Shown here: one piece after another, positions 34,673 to 44,731 of the stretch
Layout of the letters: every line of letters starts with the position of its first letter
Numbering within the stretch: the stretch's first letter is position 1
Source: Diplonema japonicum
Taxonomy: Eukaryota > Protista > Euglenozoa: Diplonemea
DNA: 64,000 bases
Reading direction: 5' to 3'
Assembly (NCBI GenBank): GCA_964019335.1
Contig: OZ025652.1
Span: 124,001 to 188,000, forward strand
Made by a program: the position numbers and the translations under genes
The notes under the pieces: generated by a model
Seen by the model: only the letters and a program-made list of their open reading frames with translations
Database searches by the model: none
Told to the model about the DNA's origin: nothing

Positions 34673-36505
34673 TCAACCTGTCGTCGCGTGCTTTCCAATG
34701 TGCTTGTTGTAAAACGTTGACCTTTGGAACAGCACGAGGTCGTGGGACCGTGCCTCGTGCTGCTGCATCTCGCGCATCGGGAGGATGTCGCTCTGTTTCT
34801 CTTCTTTGTAGGAGCCCCTCTTCTTCGGGGATGTTACCTTAGGCTGCTTCTTTTGGCGTGTTTCAACCGTCTTGGGATTCCTGCCGAAGGTCACTGCTGC
34901 CCTCCAAGGCTTAACCTCCTTCTCATCAACACCGTGGTACCGGCTCCAGTGATCGCAGTGGGCGCACACAGCTACGTCGTGCTTCCTAGAAATCTCATTA
35001 TCCACAACCTTGAACATTTTACACCTGCAACCCTTGAACGTGCATTCTCCAATGTAAAAAGCGATCTGCTGCTGCGATGGTTTCTCTTCTTCAAGATCTT
35101 CTATCCATCGTTTCCGCTCTTTCGAAGCCGCCTTTGGGGCTCCCAACACAGCTAGCTCCCCCCACATGTTTGTTGCAGGTGCACATGTCAAACCTTCCAT
35201 CTTCTTCGCTTTATCTCTTGCAGCAATGGAGCCATGCGCTAACGTGTTCAACTGGAACTCAGACTTGATAAGCTTGTCAGAAGCTTGCTGGAAAGCGATG
35301 TCCTCCGCCTGTTGCAGAGGAGACCCTAGGAGAATCGCTCGCTTGGTTGCTTGATCGAAAGACTTCCGCAGGACATCGGTCCTCCTCTTTCGCTTCTTGA
35401 CAGACACGTCGCCGATCTCACGTTGCCCGGCGAGCATGTGGTGGTTAAACTTCAGAGAGCATACATAAGCTACAGACTTGTTCCCTGCCTTCAAGAGCTC
35501 TGCTAAGATGCAAGGACGCTGCAGTGTGCCGCGTTCGAATCTGTCGGGAATCCTTGCATGAGGGAGGGACACGCCTGTTGAAGCTAGCCTGGCGATGCTG
35601 TTCTCTCTATCTTTTTGGCAGGCAAGCAACATGAAGTCGTCAATAGATTTCTCCGTAAGAACTTCCTCCATCCAGAAGAAAGCCGGCGGGGGCGGCAACG
35701 TGTTTTCGTTGGAGTTATTTGGCACGTGAGGCGGTAGCCCGCAAAGGAACCTCACAGAGTTTTCAACCTGCACCATCTTTTTAGTGATCGCATACTGTTT
35801 CTTCATCCCAACCCTCAGCTCGTGTGTGTCCTCTTTCCAGCTCTGGTATGCCTTTTTCCACTTACGCCTTGCTACCGTATACAAGTCTTGTACTACAGCT
35901 GCCTTTAAGTCTTTCGGTACCCATGACCCAAAGTAGTCAACAGTGACCTCGGTCAGCGGTTGAACCTTTCCGAACCTCCTGCTTGCCTTCTGGGACTGTT
36001 CTTGAGCCTCTTGTGCACACCACACATTTATAAGGTAATATTGTTTTTGCCTTTTTATGAGAAGCCATCTGCGTATGGCTCTCTGACACTTTTTGAGAAC
36101 AGTGAAGAGGCGGCGAAGCCGAATCATAAACCATGCGGAGGAGTGCAGGACCTGTTCCAGGATGTACAGCATGCCGTCTGTGACGGCGTTGATGTGTCGA
36201 GTGTCCATGAGGGAGATAGAGTTGTACAGTTCCTGGCAGGTGCGACGTGGATGGTCGCCGCAGAACGACACGGTTTGCATGTTCTGCTTGATGGCAACCA
36301 GTATCTTGCCAAGGTTTGCCGCGCAGTACTTCCGCTCAACTTCCTTCACTTTGTCGCGCATTTCAGTAACCGTGTCTCTCATGATCTTGAAGTCATCCGG
36401 CAAGTCAGTGACACCTATCACATTCTCTATATTGGACTCTTTTCTCTTCTTCCGTGGTTTTTTCTTCGTCTTAGTGAGTCCATACCACGAGAAGCTTTCG
36501 CTCAT
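34673..36505 (-). CDS. Hypothetical protein (~610 aa) with IQ-like motif and C-terminal Cys/His cluster
   Basis: KKCQRAIRRW; CTFKGCRCKMF...CAHCDHWSRYH; start placed at MSESFSW. Confidence 0.72.
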   Translation of the reverse strand: MSESFSWYGLTKTKKKPRKKRKESNIENVIGVTDLPDDFKIMRDTVTEMRDKVKEVERKYCAANLGKILVAIKQNMQTVSFCGDHPRRTCQELYNSISLMDTRHINAVTDGMLYILEQVLHSSAWFMIRLRRLFTVLKKCQRAIRRWLLIKRQKQYYLINVWCAQEAQEQSQKASRRFGKVQPLTEVTVDYFGSWVPKDLKAAVVQDLYTVARRKWKKAYQSWKEDTHELRVGMKKQYAITKKMVQVENSVRFLCGLPPHVPNNSNENTLPPPPAFFWMEEVLTEKSIDDFMLLACQKDRENSIARLASTGVSLPHARIPDRFERGTLQRPCILAELLKAGNKSVAYVCSLKFNHHMLAGQREIGDVSVKKRKRRTDVLRKSFDQATKRAILLGSPLQQAEDIAFQQASDKLIKSEFQLNTLAHGSIAARDKAKKMEGLTCAPATNMWGELAVLGAPKAASKERKRWIEDLEEEKPSQQQIAFYIGECTFKGCRCKMFKVVDNEISRKHDVAVCAHCDHWSRYHGVDEKEVKPWRAAVTFGRNPKTVETRQKKQPKVTSPKKRGSYKEEKQSDILPMREMQQHEARSHDLVLFQRSTFYNKHIGKHATTG

Positions 36506-36575
36506 GTTTTGTCTGTGATGCAGCTGACCAAGGTAGCATGAGGGGCTAAAGACACTTAAAATGAGAGATGGTCGT

Positions 36576-36869
36576 CTACTGCACTTCACGCAGCATATCG
36601 ATGATGGCCGCAAGCGTCGCCGAATCTTGCGATGCTTCTTCTGCCATAACCTGTAGCGCCTTCTGGTCAACCTCTGTCTGTTTGATCAAAAGTGACAAGG
36701 TGGCGATGAGGCCTCTGGAGGTGTACTGGGGGTCAGCCTCTTGGAGGCTGCACGATAGCTCATGGCTGCGGACATTCTGCAGCGCTGCGTCGAGCATTTT
36801 GTGTATTTGTCGTGTTTGCCTGCCTGGAGGTGACATCGTTGCCACAAGTTGCGGCGGAATAAGATTCAT
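36576..36869 (-). CDS. Small helical/coiled-coil hypothetical protein (start uncertain)
   Basis: Fills the gap between two genes on the coding strand; amphipathic helical composition. Confidence 0.45.
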   Translation of the reverse strand: MNLIPPQLVATMSPPGRQTRQIHKMLDAALQNVRSHELSCSLQEADPQYTSRGLIATLSLLIKQTEVDQKALQVMAEEASQDSATLAAIIDMLREVQ

Positions 36870-36872
36870 TGT

Positions 36873-37445
36873 TCAAACTGCTGCTTCCATCAGCGCCGGC
36901 ATTATCTTCATATTGAAAATCTGGTCGCGATTAGCGTGTGTCACCTCGACTAGATTTACATTAGGCAACTGCTTTGCTTCCTCGACAAGTCCCGACCCTC
37001 TCAGCGCGATGGTGCTGATAAGAAAAACGTTCGGAGGCGGTTCAGAGACCAAGCTTCTCATGACGGCAGTGAATTCCTTTGACAGCAACTCCATCTTCCC
37101 TATTTCGTCTATCATCAGAATTATCGGTTTCCGTTCATCCAAAGCGCTCTTCAGCATCGGCAGGCTTATGGCCTCAAAGTCACTAACGTACACAGACCAC
37201 CGCCCCACCTTAGGGCACCCATCACCTTCGCTTCCAAAATCTGCAAGCTTCGCCGTTTTCCCTTCAGGTATGCACTTGATGTGGAATGCAATCCTCTTGC
37301 CCTCTCTCCTTTCTTCATCAACGTAGAAACCCCGCACTTCGGAAAGCTCTTTGCGTTGTATGTATTCATGTATCTTCTTGAACAGCGTTGTCTTGCCCAC
37401 CGCAGGCACACCTGTTATCAGCAAAGGGCGCATCTTTTGTTTCAC
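36873..37445 (-). CDS. NTPCR: NTPCR/THEP1-family nucleoside triphosphatase
   Basis: LLITGVPAVGKTTL, GFY..E.R..G.R, VGRWSV, IDEIGKMEL. Confidence 0.9.
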   Translation of the reverse strand: MKQKMRPLLITGVPAVGKTTLFKKIHEYIQRKELSEVRGFYVDEERREGKRIAFHIKCIPEGKTAKLADFGSEGDGCPKVGRWSVYVSDFEAISLPMLKSALDERKPIILMIDEIGKMELLSKEFTAVMRSLVSEPPPNVFLISTIALRGSGLVEEAKQLPNVNLVEVTHANRDQIFNMKIMPALMEAAV

Positions 37446-37534
37446 TGCTGTGGAGAGTAACGTGTTCGGACATATGCGGGTAAAGAAGAGTAATACGCTA
37501 TGGGAACTATATATTAAACCCCAAGGCGTGGGCT

Positions 37535-38911
37535 CTAGTTTTCACACGCATCAGGAACCTCGTGGTCAAACTGGCCGGAGCGCTGTCTTACCGCGAAGCT
37601 TGCCATCTCCTGGTCGGTGGTGTTCAAGGGCTTTGGAGATGAAGGTGAGGGGGCGGCGAGGGAAAACAAAACCATCACTATAGTGACAGCGCAAAACATA
37701 ACGAAGTACATAGGGTACATTGGCGACCTGGTGTATAAAGAAGCACCGAGGAAGGATCCAAGCATGCTTCCAAGGCCTGAAGCGGTAGCCATTCCGCCAA
37801 AGGCTCTGGCTTGTGATGCTCTGACCACAAATAACGAGGCGAACACCTTGATTATAGGTTCGAGGCTTGCCACCGCAGCACAACAGGTTATGGTAGCAAT
37901 GATATGAATAACGATCCCTCCAGACGCAGTCACCAGTGGGGCGTTGAAGGCGATTAGGACAGCAAAGCTGATGACCATCGACAACAAGTTCACGGTGTAC
38001 GAGTGGCCGAAAATTTCATCAAGCCTCGGAGCGTACGAGACCGCGACCATCATCACGATGGAGTTCAAGAACAACACATAGGAGTACTCTGTAGCACCCC
38101 ACCCGTATGTATCGCGAAGGAAGAGCGGCCACAGCATCTCGATAATCACAGCAGAGGCACTTCTCGCCGCCACTGCCACGCTAGCTAGCGCAACACCCAT
38201 TTTATTTGTTTCCTCAGTCGTTGTGTCTTCGTGTTCCACAGTGGTATCTTCCTGCCGCACGATGGCCGCGTCCTTAAGCACTTTTCTCGACGCGATCAGG
38301 AGACCCATCCCCACAAAGCAGAAGACGATACATCCTGACATGTGCACCCTGAACCTATTAAGGTCGTTGTGCATCCCCACGCCATCTCGCAAGGCCCAGT
38401 CGAATATCGGAAAGAGTGACCTTCCAAATATGCGGAAAAACCCTAGCTGTGCCATGAACCCGCTGATGTAGGCATGCCTGCGTGCCTCGGAAGTAACCTT
38501 CACTATGTGCGACATGGTTACCATCTCCATGTTCACACCACCGAAGCCAAGCACCAGCATACCTATCAGCACAAATGTGAGACTAGGAGCATAACCCCTG
38601 ATGAAGCACCCCAAGGCGCAGAAGAATACGGATACTAACATGATAACGTAGCTGCCATTCTTGTCAAGATACCACCCTTGAAAGGGAGCTGTCACCAAAG
38701 CCCCCGCCGCAGCCACGAAGCTGTAAGTGCCGATGTCCAACTCGGTCGCTCCGAGCTCCAGGTAAAAAAATGTGGTCACCGGTGAGTGAAAGGCGCCCCC
38801 AAACGACTGCAGCCACATCATCAAAATAGGACCCCTGAACAAATCATCGCCCAAGAACTCTTGTGCTACCCCCAGCTGCTCCTTTACAGTTTTCCTCCAG
38901 CTGTGCAACAT
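37535..38911 (-). CDS. Major facilitator superfamily transporter
   Basis: About 12 hydrophobic helices, GWYLDKNG motif-A-like, LFLRDTYGWG, QARAFG. Confidence 0.88.
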   Translation of the reverse strand: MLHSWRKTVKEQLGVAQEFLGDDLFRGPILMMWLQSFGGAFHSPVTTFFYLELGATELDIGTYSFVAAAGALVTAPFQGWYLDKNGSYVIMLVSVFFCALGCFIRGYAPSLTFVLIGMLVLGFGGVNMEMVTMSHIVKVTSEARRHAYISGFMAQLGFFRIFGRSLFPIFDWALRDGVGMHNDLNRFRVHMSGCIVFCFVGMGLLIASRKVLKDAAIVRQEDTTVEHEDTTTEETNKMGVALASVAVAARSASAVIIEMLWPLFLRDTYGWGATEYSYVLFLNSIVMMVAVSYAPRLDEIFGHSYTVNLLSMVISFAVLIAFNAPLVTASGGIVIHIIATITCCAAVASLEPIIKVFASLFVVRASQARAFGGMATASGLGSMLGSFLGASLYTRSPMYPMYFVMFCAVTIVMVLFSLAAPSPSSPKPLNTTDQEMASFAVRQRSGQFDHEVPDACEN

Positions 38912-39024
38912 ATCATCTTCAATGCCGTCGTTACTCTTGTCCTTCAGAATGTATTAAAGAGTTACAAAGGAAAGAATAAAAAAAGGGGGGGAGAAACATC
39001 TTAACAGCCACAGAAGTGAGCTTT

Positions 39025-41502
39025 TCAAACTGTTGGAAGAAGAAGATACCGTGCAGAGTGGCTACCCCAGCCAGACACTTTAGAGCCTTTAACAGGTGGG
39101 ACCAGCTCGTCCAGCGACCCTTTGTAGTACTCTTCCATGAATTGGATGAGTGTAGTGGACGTGGCCTTCCGTGTACGATCAGCCGATAAGGTGTAGTTCT
39201 TGTTGTTCGGCACGTCACAGAGAAAAGGCTGCGGGTAGGCAGAAGCGTGTGTGAAGTGTGTGTTGGAGAGCAACAGGGTGATCCAAGCGTAGATTTGCGG
39301 GCTTCGCGCTTCAATAGCCCATCGTGCATCACGGTCCCAGTTGTGGTACTCAAAGTAGTAGAACTGCGTATTCCGACGTGAATATGCTGTCGCTGCTTCT
39401 GTGACCACAGCCAGCTGCTTAGCTTTCTGCTCTGTTGTCTGGCCAGTGATGCACACCACGAGTACCATGTTGCACAGCTTGTATGTATAGGTGTCCATGT
39501 CATAGAGGCTCACCAGCCCCCTGTCGATGTCCACCAACCGTAACGAAGCCCGGGCAAGCTGCCGCTGATGTGATGATATCAAGTCACTGCCAAACTTGCT
39601 TCTCCCTCTTTTCTTACCCTCGTGTTTCTCCTGCTCTTCGTACTGTAGTGTCCCCGCCGCACCGCTACGCACTAGCAACGCTAGGTGGCAGTAACTGCCC
39701 ACTGTCGTGGCGCACGACAGCGTTATCAGCTGCTTGATAGAACTAGTAGCGCCGAAGATATCCTCGAGCATCTCATGGGTAAGGCCTTCAGCTTCATCCT
39801 CAGTGCTAGGTATCTTTACAGTGCACTCACCTTCCACTAGGCTCTGCTCGATGGTGTACTTAAACCCAAGTACTGTCTTCCAGGTGTTTGCTTTTTCTTT
39901 CGCAAGCAGTTCTTTATAAGTAGTCTTGCACTGCAAAGCAATGTGCCTCATCGGAAGCACGGTGCAGCCGTTCACTCTTCCTTCCTTCAACGCAAGGTGG
40001 TTGATGTACTCCATCGCGTCATCCACCCAAGAAGACGTCACGACTGCAGGGTGCAACGACGACAAGCACACTGAAACCTCGGTGTGCTTCATGAGCAGCA
40101 GCGGTCCTCGCAGCAAGTTCTCGCCACTGTGCACCTTCGGTATCTTAGATATCGACTTTCTTGGGTGTGCGGCCTTCAGAGAATGTACGAGATCGATACA
40201 CAGCTGCTCAGCCTTGTCGAGAAACACGATGTGATGGATGTCCCACGGTGAGCGCGTGAACTTCCATGGCTCGTGTTGCAAGATCAATTCATACCTGCTT
40301 TTCTCGTTCGTAAGTTGCTCAGTCTGTTTGATCCTCTTGAGCCGCCCAGTCACCACAGGTGGCGGTAATGGTATTCCCCAGTTATCCTTCACCAGCGCGG
40401 TCACCTTCTGGTATGTCATTCCCTTGTGGAGGTACTTCAGCAGCGATGTAGCAGAGATCCCGCGTGTCTTGTCAAAGGCGCCCCCGTACAACCCCTTCAA
40501 GAGAAGCATGGAGAGGAAACCCCTCGAGGACGTGTACTTGCTGTTGCTGTAGTCATACAGCACCTCTGCAGAGACAGTGGACGACACAAGCCCGAAGGTC
40601 GTCCCGTCGACGATGAGGAGCCGTTGCTCAAGGGGGCAGTTGTACTGCCCCATCTGTATGGTGGGGACCCTTCCGATGATTTCCAGCAGGTCGTCTAGCA
40701 GTACAACTGAGTCACTACACTCCTTGACCATGTCGCAGGGAAGCACGTACCGAAGGATATGCCCTTCAGATCTGGACTTGTTTATACTTTTGGCGAAGGT
40801 TCGGCGAAGTCTACCTCGAGGCGTGGTAACCTTACTGTCTTCTTGTCGCTTGGTGGCGACGTAGCCCTGGAGGGGGCCTGATGAAGTGTTGGACACGATG
40901 TAGATGGTTAGGAATTCAGAGCTGTGCGTCCTGTGGTTAAAAGACTCGAGGAAGCGTGTGAGGTTTGCCTTAGTAGGGTGAAGGGAGGGGTCGGGACTGG
41001 CATCCGTCCAGTATTCGACTTTGAATTGAAGCATCTCGAAGCTCTTCCCGATCTCGAGAGCAACAGACTGGTCGCTACGAGAGGTGCTTAGCATGATTAT
41101 GACAGCACGTTTTTCTGCGGGCTTCCTGTACTGAAAGACTGCGCCCCAACGTCGCTTTGCTGGCAGCATTCGCACCCATGTGTGTTGTATGACCTCGGCT
41201 GCTAACCCTTCGCGTACGAGACGGTCCCGCTGGTCTCTTTCGTTCTTCCTGTCGGCCTCTTGCTTCAGCTGCCTATTCAACTGTCGTAGCGCGTGACGAC
41301 ATTTGCTGCGCTCGGGGCCCCCCTCTTCTATTCTTTTCTTCTCACATCGCATGCACAGGCACGCGGGGTCGAGAATACCTTCCAACACGTGGTCCTGTTC
41401 AACGCTGCACACGCTGAACACACGCTTGAACAGCTTGCACACCTCCCCAGTGCTGAACACCTCATATTTGTCCGCAGCGTCGTTTTTCTTCTTGTTCATC
41501 AC
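39025..41502 (-). CDS. Hypothetical protein (825 aa): IQ-like motif, degenerate caspase (C14)-like domain, C-terminal PDI b'-like thioredoxin fold
   Basis: AAEVIQHTW; KRAVII, PTKANL..FL, YVLPCD, RLLIVDG, GFLSMLLLKGLYG; NKNYTL...TLIQFMEEYYKGSL. Confidence 0.7.
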   Translation of the reverse strand: MMNKKKNDAADKYEVFSTGEVCKLFKRVFSVCSVEQDHVLEGILDPACLCMRCEKKRIEEGGPERSKCRHALRQLNRQLKQEADRKNERDQRDRLVREGLAAEVIQHTWVRMLPAKRRWGAVFQYRKPAEKRAVIIMLSTSRSDQSVALEIGKSFEMLQFKVEYWTDASPDPSLHPTKANLTRFLESFNHRTHSSEFLTIYIVSNTSSGPLQGYVATKRQEDSKVTTPRGRLRRTFAKSINKSRSEGHILRYVLPCDMVKECSDSVVLLDDLLEIIGRVPTIQMGQYNCPLEQRLLIVDGTTFGLVSSTVSAEVLYDYSNSKYTSSRGFLSMLLLKGLYGGAFDKTRGISATSLLKYLHKGMTYQKVTALVKDNWGIPLPPPVVTGRLKRIKQTEQLTNEKSRYELILQHEPWKFTRSPWDIHHIVFLDKAEQLCIDLVHSLKAAHPRKSISKIPKVHSGENLLRGPLLLMKHTEVSVCLSSLHPAVVTSSWVDDAMEYINHLALKEGRVNGCTVLPMRHIALQCKTTYKELLAKEKANTWKTVLGFKYTIEQSLVEGECTVKIPSTEDEAEGLTHEMLEDIFGATSSIKQLITLSCATTVGSYCHLALLVRSGAAGTLQYEEQEKHEGKKRGRSKFGSDLISSHQRQLARASLRLVDIDRGLVSLYDMDTYTYKLCNMVLVVCITGQTTEQKAKQLAVVTEAATAYSRRNTQFYYFEYHNWDRDARWAIEARSPQIYAWITLLLSNTHFTHASAYPQPFLCDVPNNKNYTLSADRTRKATSTTLIQFMEEYYKGSLDELVPPVKGSKVSGWGSHSARYLLLPTV

Positions 41503-41603
41503 TGTCCCATTGAAGATGAGGAGGTGGCTCCTTTTCTGTCCTTTTCTTTTTTTATATTAAAGCTCTAAACAGTGGAGGGGAGAAAAAAAAATGAAAGATG
41601 CTC

Positions 41604-42527
41604 TCACGCAAGAGTCGCCCCATTTCTTTGAAGTTCTAATCGTAAGTGTTTTCTATACTGATCGAGCACCTGTGGGCATGGGATGCGATGTTTTCTTTTT
41701 TTTTGGGGGGGGGCATACATCCGCGTAAGTGTCAGGTTTCTGGATACCATTGACAGGCTCCACAATGCACTTGAAGTTCATTTGAGGACTGCCTTTGATG
41801 AGATCACTCCCTCGCGCGCTAAAACACAACTGTGTGAGATCAGGTAGAGAGGCATGGGTCATACTTTTTCCATCAGGTCTTGATCCGCGTCTGTGAAAAG
41901 GTATCTCAACGCCTCCTTTTTGTCCATCCCTACCTCTGCTGCCAGTTCGCTGAGGACCCATGGCGAGGTAATGTTTTTGCCGTCTTCCAAGAAGGCCCGG
42001 AAAATTAATTGGGCAACTTCATCTTGTTTCTTGTGGCCCATTGTTTTGAGTATCTTGTACGAAATCCGGTGCGCGTTGGTGCTGCTCCCAATCAGCTGGT
42101 CGGGCTGCAGGTTAGGCTTTATCCCAAACATATGCGACCGCATCATGTAAAGCCCATCAGGGTCTGTGAAATATTCCCACGTTTCAACACCTTGGTGTTG
42201 GTCCATCCAAGGTTTAAGCGGCGTACCACCTGCTAGGGGCAAGGTAGTATGCAACATTATAGGGTTCCATTTGATCTCTAGTTCGACCTCTGGTACTTGT
42301 TTAGCTGCCTCTTCAAGGCTCCTCCTCGCCATCAGAGTCCACGGACAGTGGAAGTCGCTTGATATCCAAACCGGCACCTTAATCACCTGCCTCTCTTCGT
42401 CTATCTCCAAACCCCGCATTGATGGCGGGAAGGAGTCGTCAATCACACCATGTATCAGCCAAACAGTGCCCAGGGCACCTGCCGCCATCGTCTTCAAAAA
42501 TCGTGGTATCACAACTACGCTCGTCAT
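41604..42527 (-). CDS. DsbA/FrnE-like thioredoxin-fold protein, 279 aa; introns 41830..41864 and 41670..41718
   Basis: SDFHCPWT, IKWNPIML, STNAHR, FRAFLEDGKNI, IKGSP, GIQKPDTY. Confidence 0.85.
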
Positions 42528-42604
42528 ATTTCTCCCCTTTCCCACGGTGACACCCTTCCTTGAATGATTTCTTTTTCCTCCGTCCAACCTATAATAGTAA
42601 AACT

Positions 42605-43804
42605 TCATATCCCTACCACCTTTGACTCGACAAGCTGCCGCACCTGGTCCTCGCTCTTCCCGAGTACTTTCGTAAGAATCTCTGTGGCATGTTGCGAAAA
42701 CGCAGGGGGCGGTGCTGGTGTTGGTACGTGAGATGAACTAGAGTACTCCACTGCGGACTGGTACACACCGGTGAAGGTCCCGTCTGGCTGCCGTGCGACG
42801 AGGGAGGCGGCTTGCGGCATGTCGTAGACATCAGGGATAGTGTTCACGGCCCCAGCAGGGACGGAACGCAACTCGAGGGAGGCTAACAAGTTGCGCAACG
42901 AGTGCTGCTCGATGGAGTCCCGTATGTACGCCTTGCAAGCCTCTCTGTTCTGCACCCTGCTCGGGTTCGTCCTAAATTCCTCGCGCACCTCCAAGCCCAG
43001 CACTTCGCACAACGACGCAAACTGCTTGTCCGAACCCACAGCAAGTGTGATGAGCTTCCCGTCATTCGTCTCGAATATCGACCCATACGGGCATATCGAA
43101 GGGTGGTCCGACCCCATGCGCTGTGGGGACACTCCATGTTTCAGATAACCTGTCCCTTGGTTAGCAAGCGCCGACACTGCACTCTGAATAAGCGAAACAG
43201 AGACCTCAGACCCTGTTCCAGTCCGGTCACGCTGCCACAGGGACAGCAGGATCGCTTGTTTGAGCTGATGTGCCGCCAGGAGATCCATCAAAGCGACAGG
43301 GAGCTTCGTGGGGAGTGAATCTGGCGTCCCGTTGATGTACTGAAACCCTGACTCGGCCTGGATGATCGCGTCGTAGCCTGCCCTGGTGCTCTGTGCGCCG
43401 TACCCCGTGATGCCGGCGTACACTATCTTGTCATTAATGGCCTTCAGCGTGTCGTAGTCCAAGGACAGCTTCTTTGCGTCGCCTGGCTTGTAGCTGCACA
43501 ATACAACATCAGACTTCTCTACAAGCTGGTGAATCAGGTCTCTGCCTTCGTACAGCCTTGCGTCCACTGCAATGGACTTTTTACCCATGTTCGCTGCGTG
43601 AAAATACGCACTGCACCCCTCACGGTCCTCACCATTCAGCAGCCACGTGCGCGTCACGTCACCACCAGTGCTCAAATTCTCTACTTTCAAAACCTCAGCC
43701 CCCAGCTCTCCCAAGTACTGCCCCACACTGGGTCCCGCCAAGACACTTGCGAGCTCCAACACTCGCATGCCGCGAAGCATTTGCGGCGGCATCTTGCACT
43801 GCAA
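42605..43804 (-). CDS. CaiB/BaiF family III CoA-transferase (SUGCT-like)
   Basis: LRGMRVLELASVLAGP, LGAEVLKVE, NMGKKSI, ITGYG, GYDAIIQAESG. Confidence 0.94.
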   Translation of the reverse strand: MQCKMPPQMLRGMRVLELASVLAGPSVGQYLGELGAEVLKVENLSTGGDVTRTWLLNGEDREGCSAYFHAANMGKKSIAVDARLYEGRDLIHQLVEKSDVVLCSYKPGDAKKLSLDYDTLKAINDKIVYAGITGYGAQSTRAGYDAIIQAESGFQYINGTPDSLPTKLPVALMDLLAAHQLKQAILLSLWQRDRTGTGSEVSVSLIQSAVSALANQGTGYLKHGVSPQRMGSDHPSICPYGSIFETNDGKLITLAVGSDKQFASLCEVLGLEVREEFRTNPSRVQNREACKAYIRDSIEQHSLRNLLASLELRSVPAGAVNTIPDVYDMPQAASLVARQPDGTFTGVYQSAVEYSSSSHVPTPAPPPAFSQHATEILTKVLGKSEDQVRQLVESKVVGI

Positions 43805-43901
43805 AGAGATGGATTAGGCACATGGGCGCGGAAGGAAATAATAACTCAAAAGACAAAACTATAGAACACTAAAGTTATGATTCTGATAAAGGTGACACTA
43901 T

Positions 43902-44639
43902 TTATGCTTGGACAAGGCGGTAGGTGACGTACTCACCGGCTGTCTCAGAGGGACGGGTGATTTTCACAACGTTGCCCTTTCGCAGACCGAAATGACGCGC
44001 CAAGGGATCCGCAAGTTGGATACGTGGGAGCTGGCCCTCCTTGATTTTCATCGATTGTAAAAGAGCTCGCTTGCTTTTGGAGCTGAGTGGCTCATGCTTG
44101 GGCACGAGTTCGTGCCTTCTGACGTTGATGAGCAGCTCAGACTCCAAGAAGTGCTCGAACTGTTTCCCGGCAGAGTCGCAGGCAGCGAAGGCCGTCTTGC
44201 AAATGTTGGTGGGGAGTGTGGGGCTGACTATGACGGCACGGGAGCAACCTCTTTCTTTTTTCTCAAGCAGGTTGTAGTATGCGTTGATGTGATGGTTCTT
44301 CAGCTTGGTGTCTGTGACGAAGAAGACCATGATGGACCTGTTCCTGATTCTCTCCTCTTCGTCCTCTGCGCGTTCAGCCTCCGTGAGACTCTCATCAATC
44401 TCCTCCATCTCCTCTTCTTTCTCAGCGTACAGGCTAAGGTTTTCCCTGTGTATCCTGAGCTGCCCACCTTGCACTGTACAGAACTTGCTCTTAAACTCAT
44501 CCATCCCCTCCACCTTCTGCGACTCTGTTACAACGTACCCCCTGTCCTCAAGCATCTCAACGCACGTCTGCCTTACTTTGAAAAACTTCACTGCCTCGTC
44601 ATGCGTGCAAGTCACGAACGCCCCCTCAGAAGCCGCCAT
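43902..44639 (-). CDS. RPB5: DNA-directed RNA polymerase shared subunit RPB5
   Basis: EMLEDRGY, ELLINV..HELVPKH, QLPRIQ..DPLARHFG, KITRPSETAG.YVTYR. Confidence 0.95.
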   Translation of the reverse strand: MAASEGAFVTCTHDEAVKFFKVRQTCVEMLEDRGYVVTESQKVEGMDEFKSKFCTVQGGQLRIHRENLSLYAEKEEEMEEIDESLTEAERAEDEEERIRNRSIMVFFVTDTKLKNHHINAYYNLLEKKERGCSRAVIVSPTLPTNICKTAFAACDSAGKQFEHFLESELLINVRRHELVPKHEPLSSKSKRALLQSMKIKEGQLPRIQLADPLARHFGLRKGNVVKITRPSETAGEYVTYRLVQA

Positions 44640-44731
44640 TATGACCCTGTAGCTTGTGCCTACCTAGAGTATCACTAGGTGTGGAGAATGCAACAAATAT
44701 TAAAAAGGTTAAAAACAATGTGATTTTCAAG

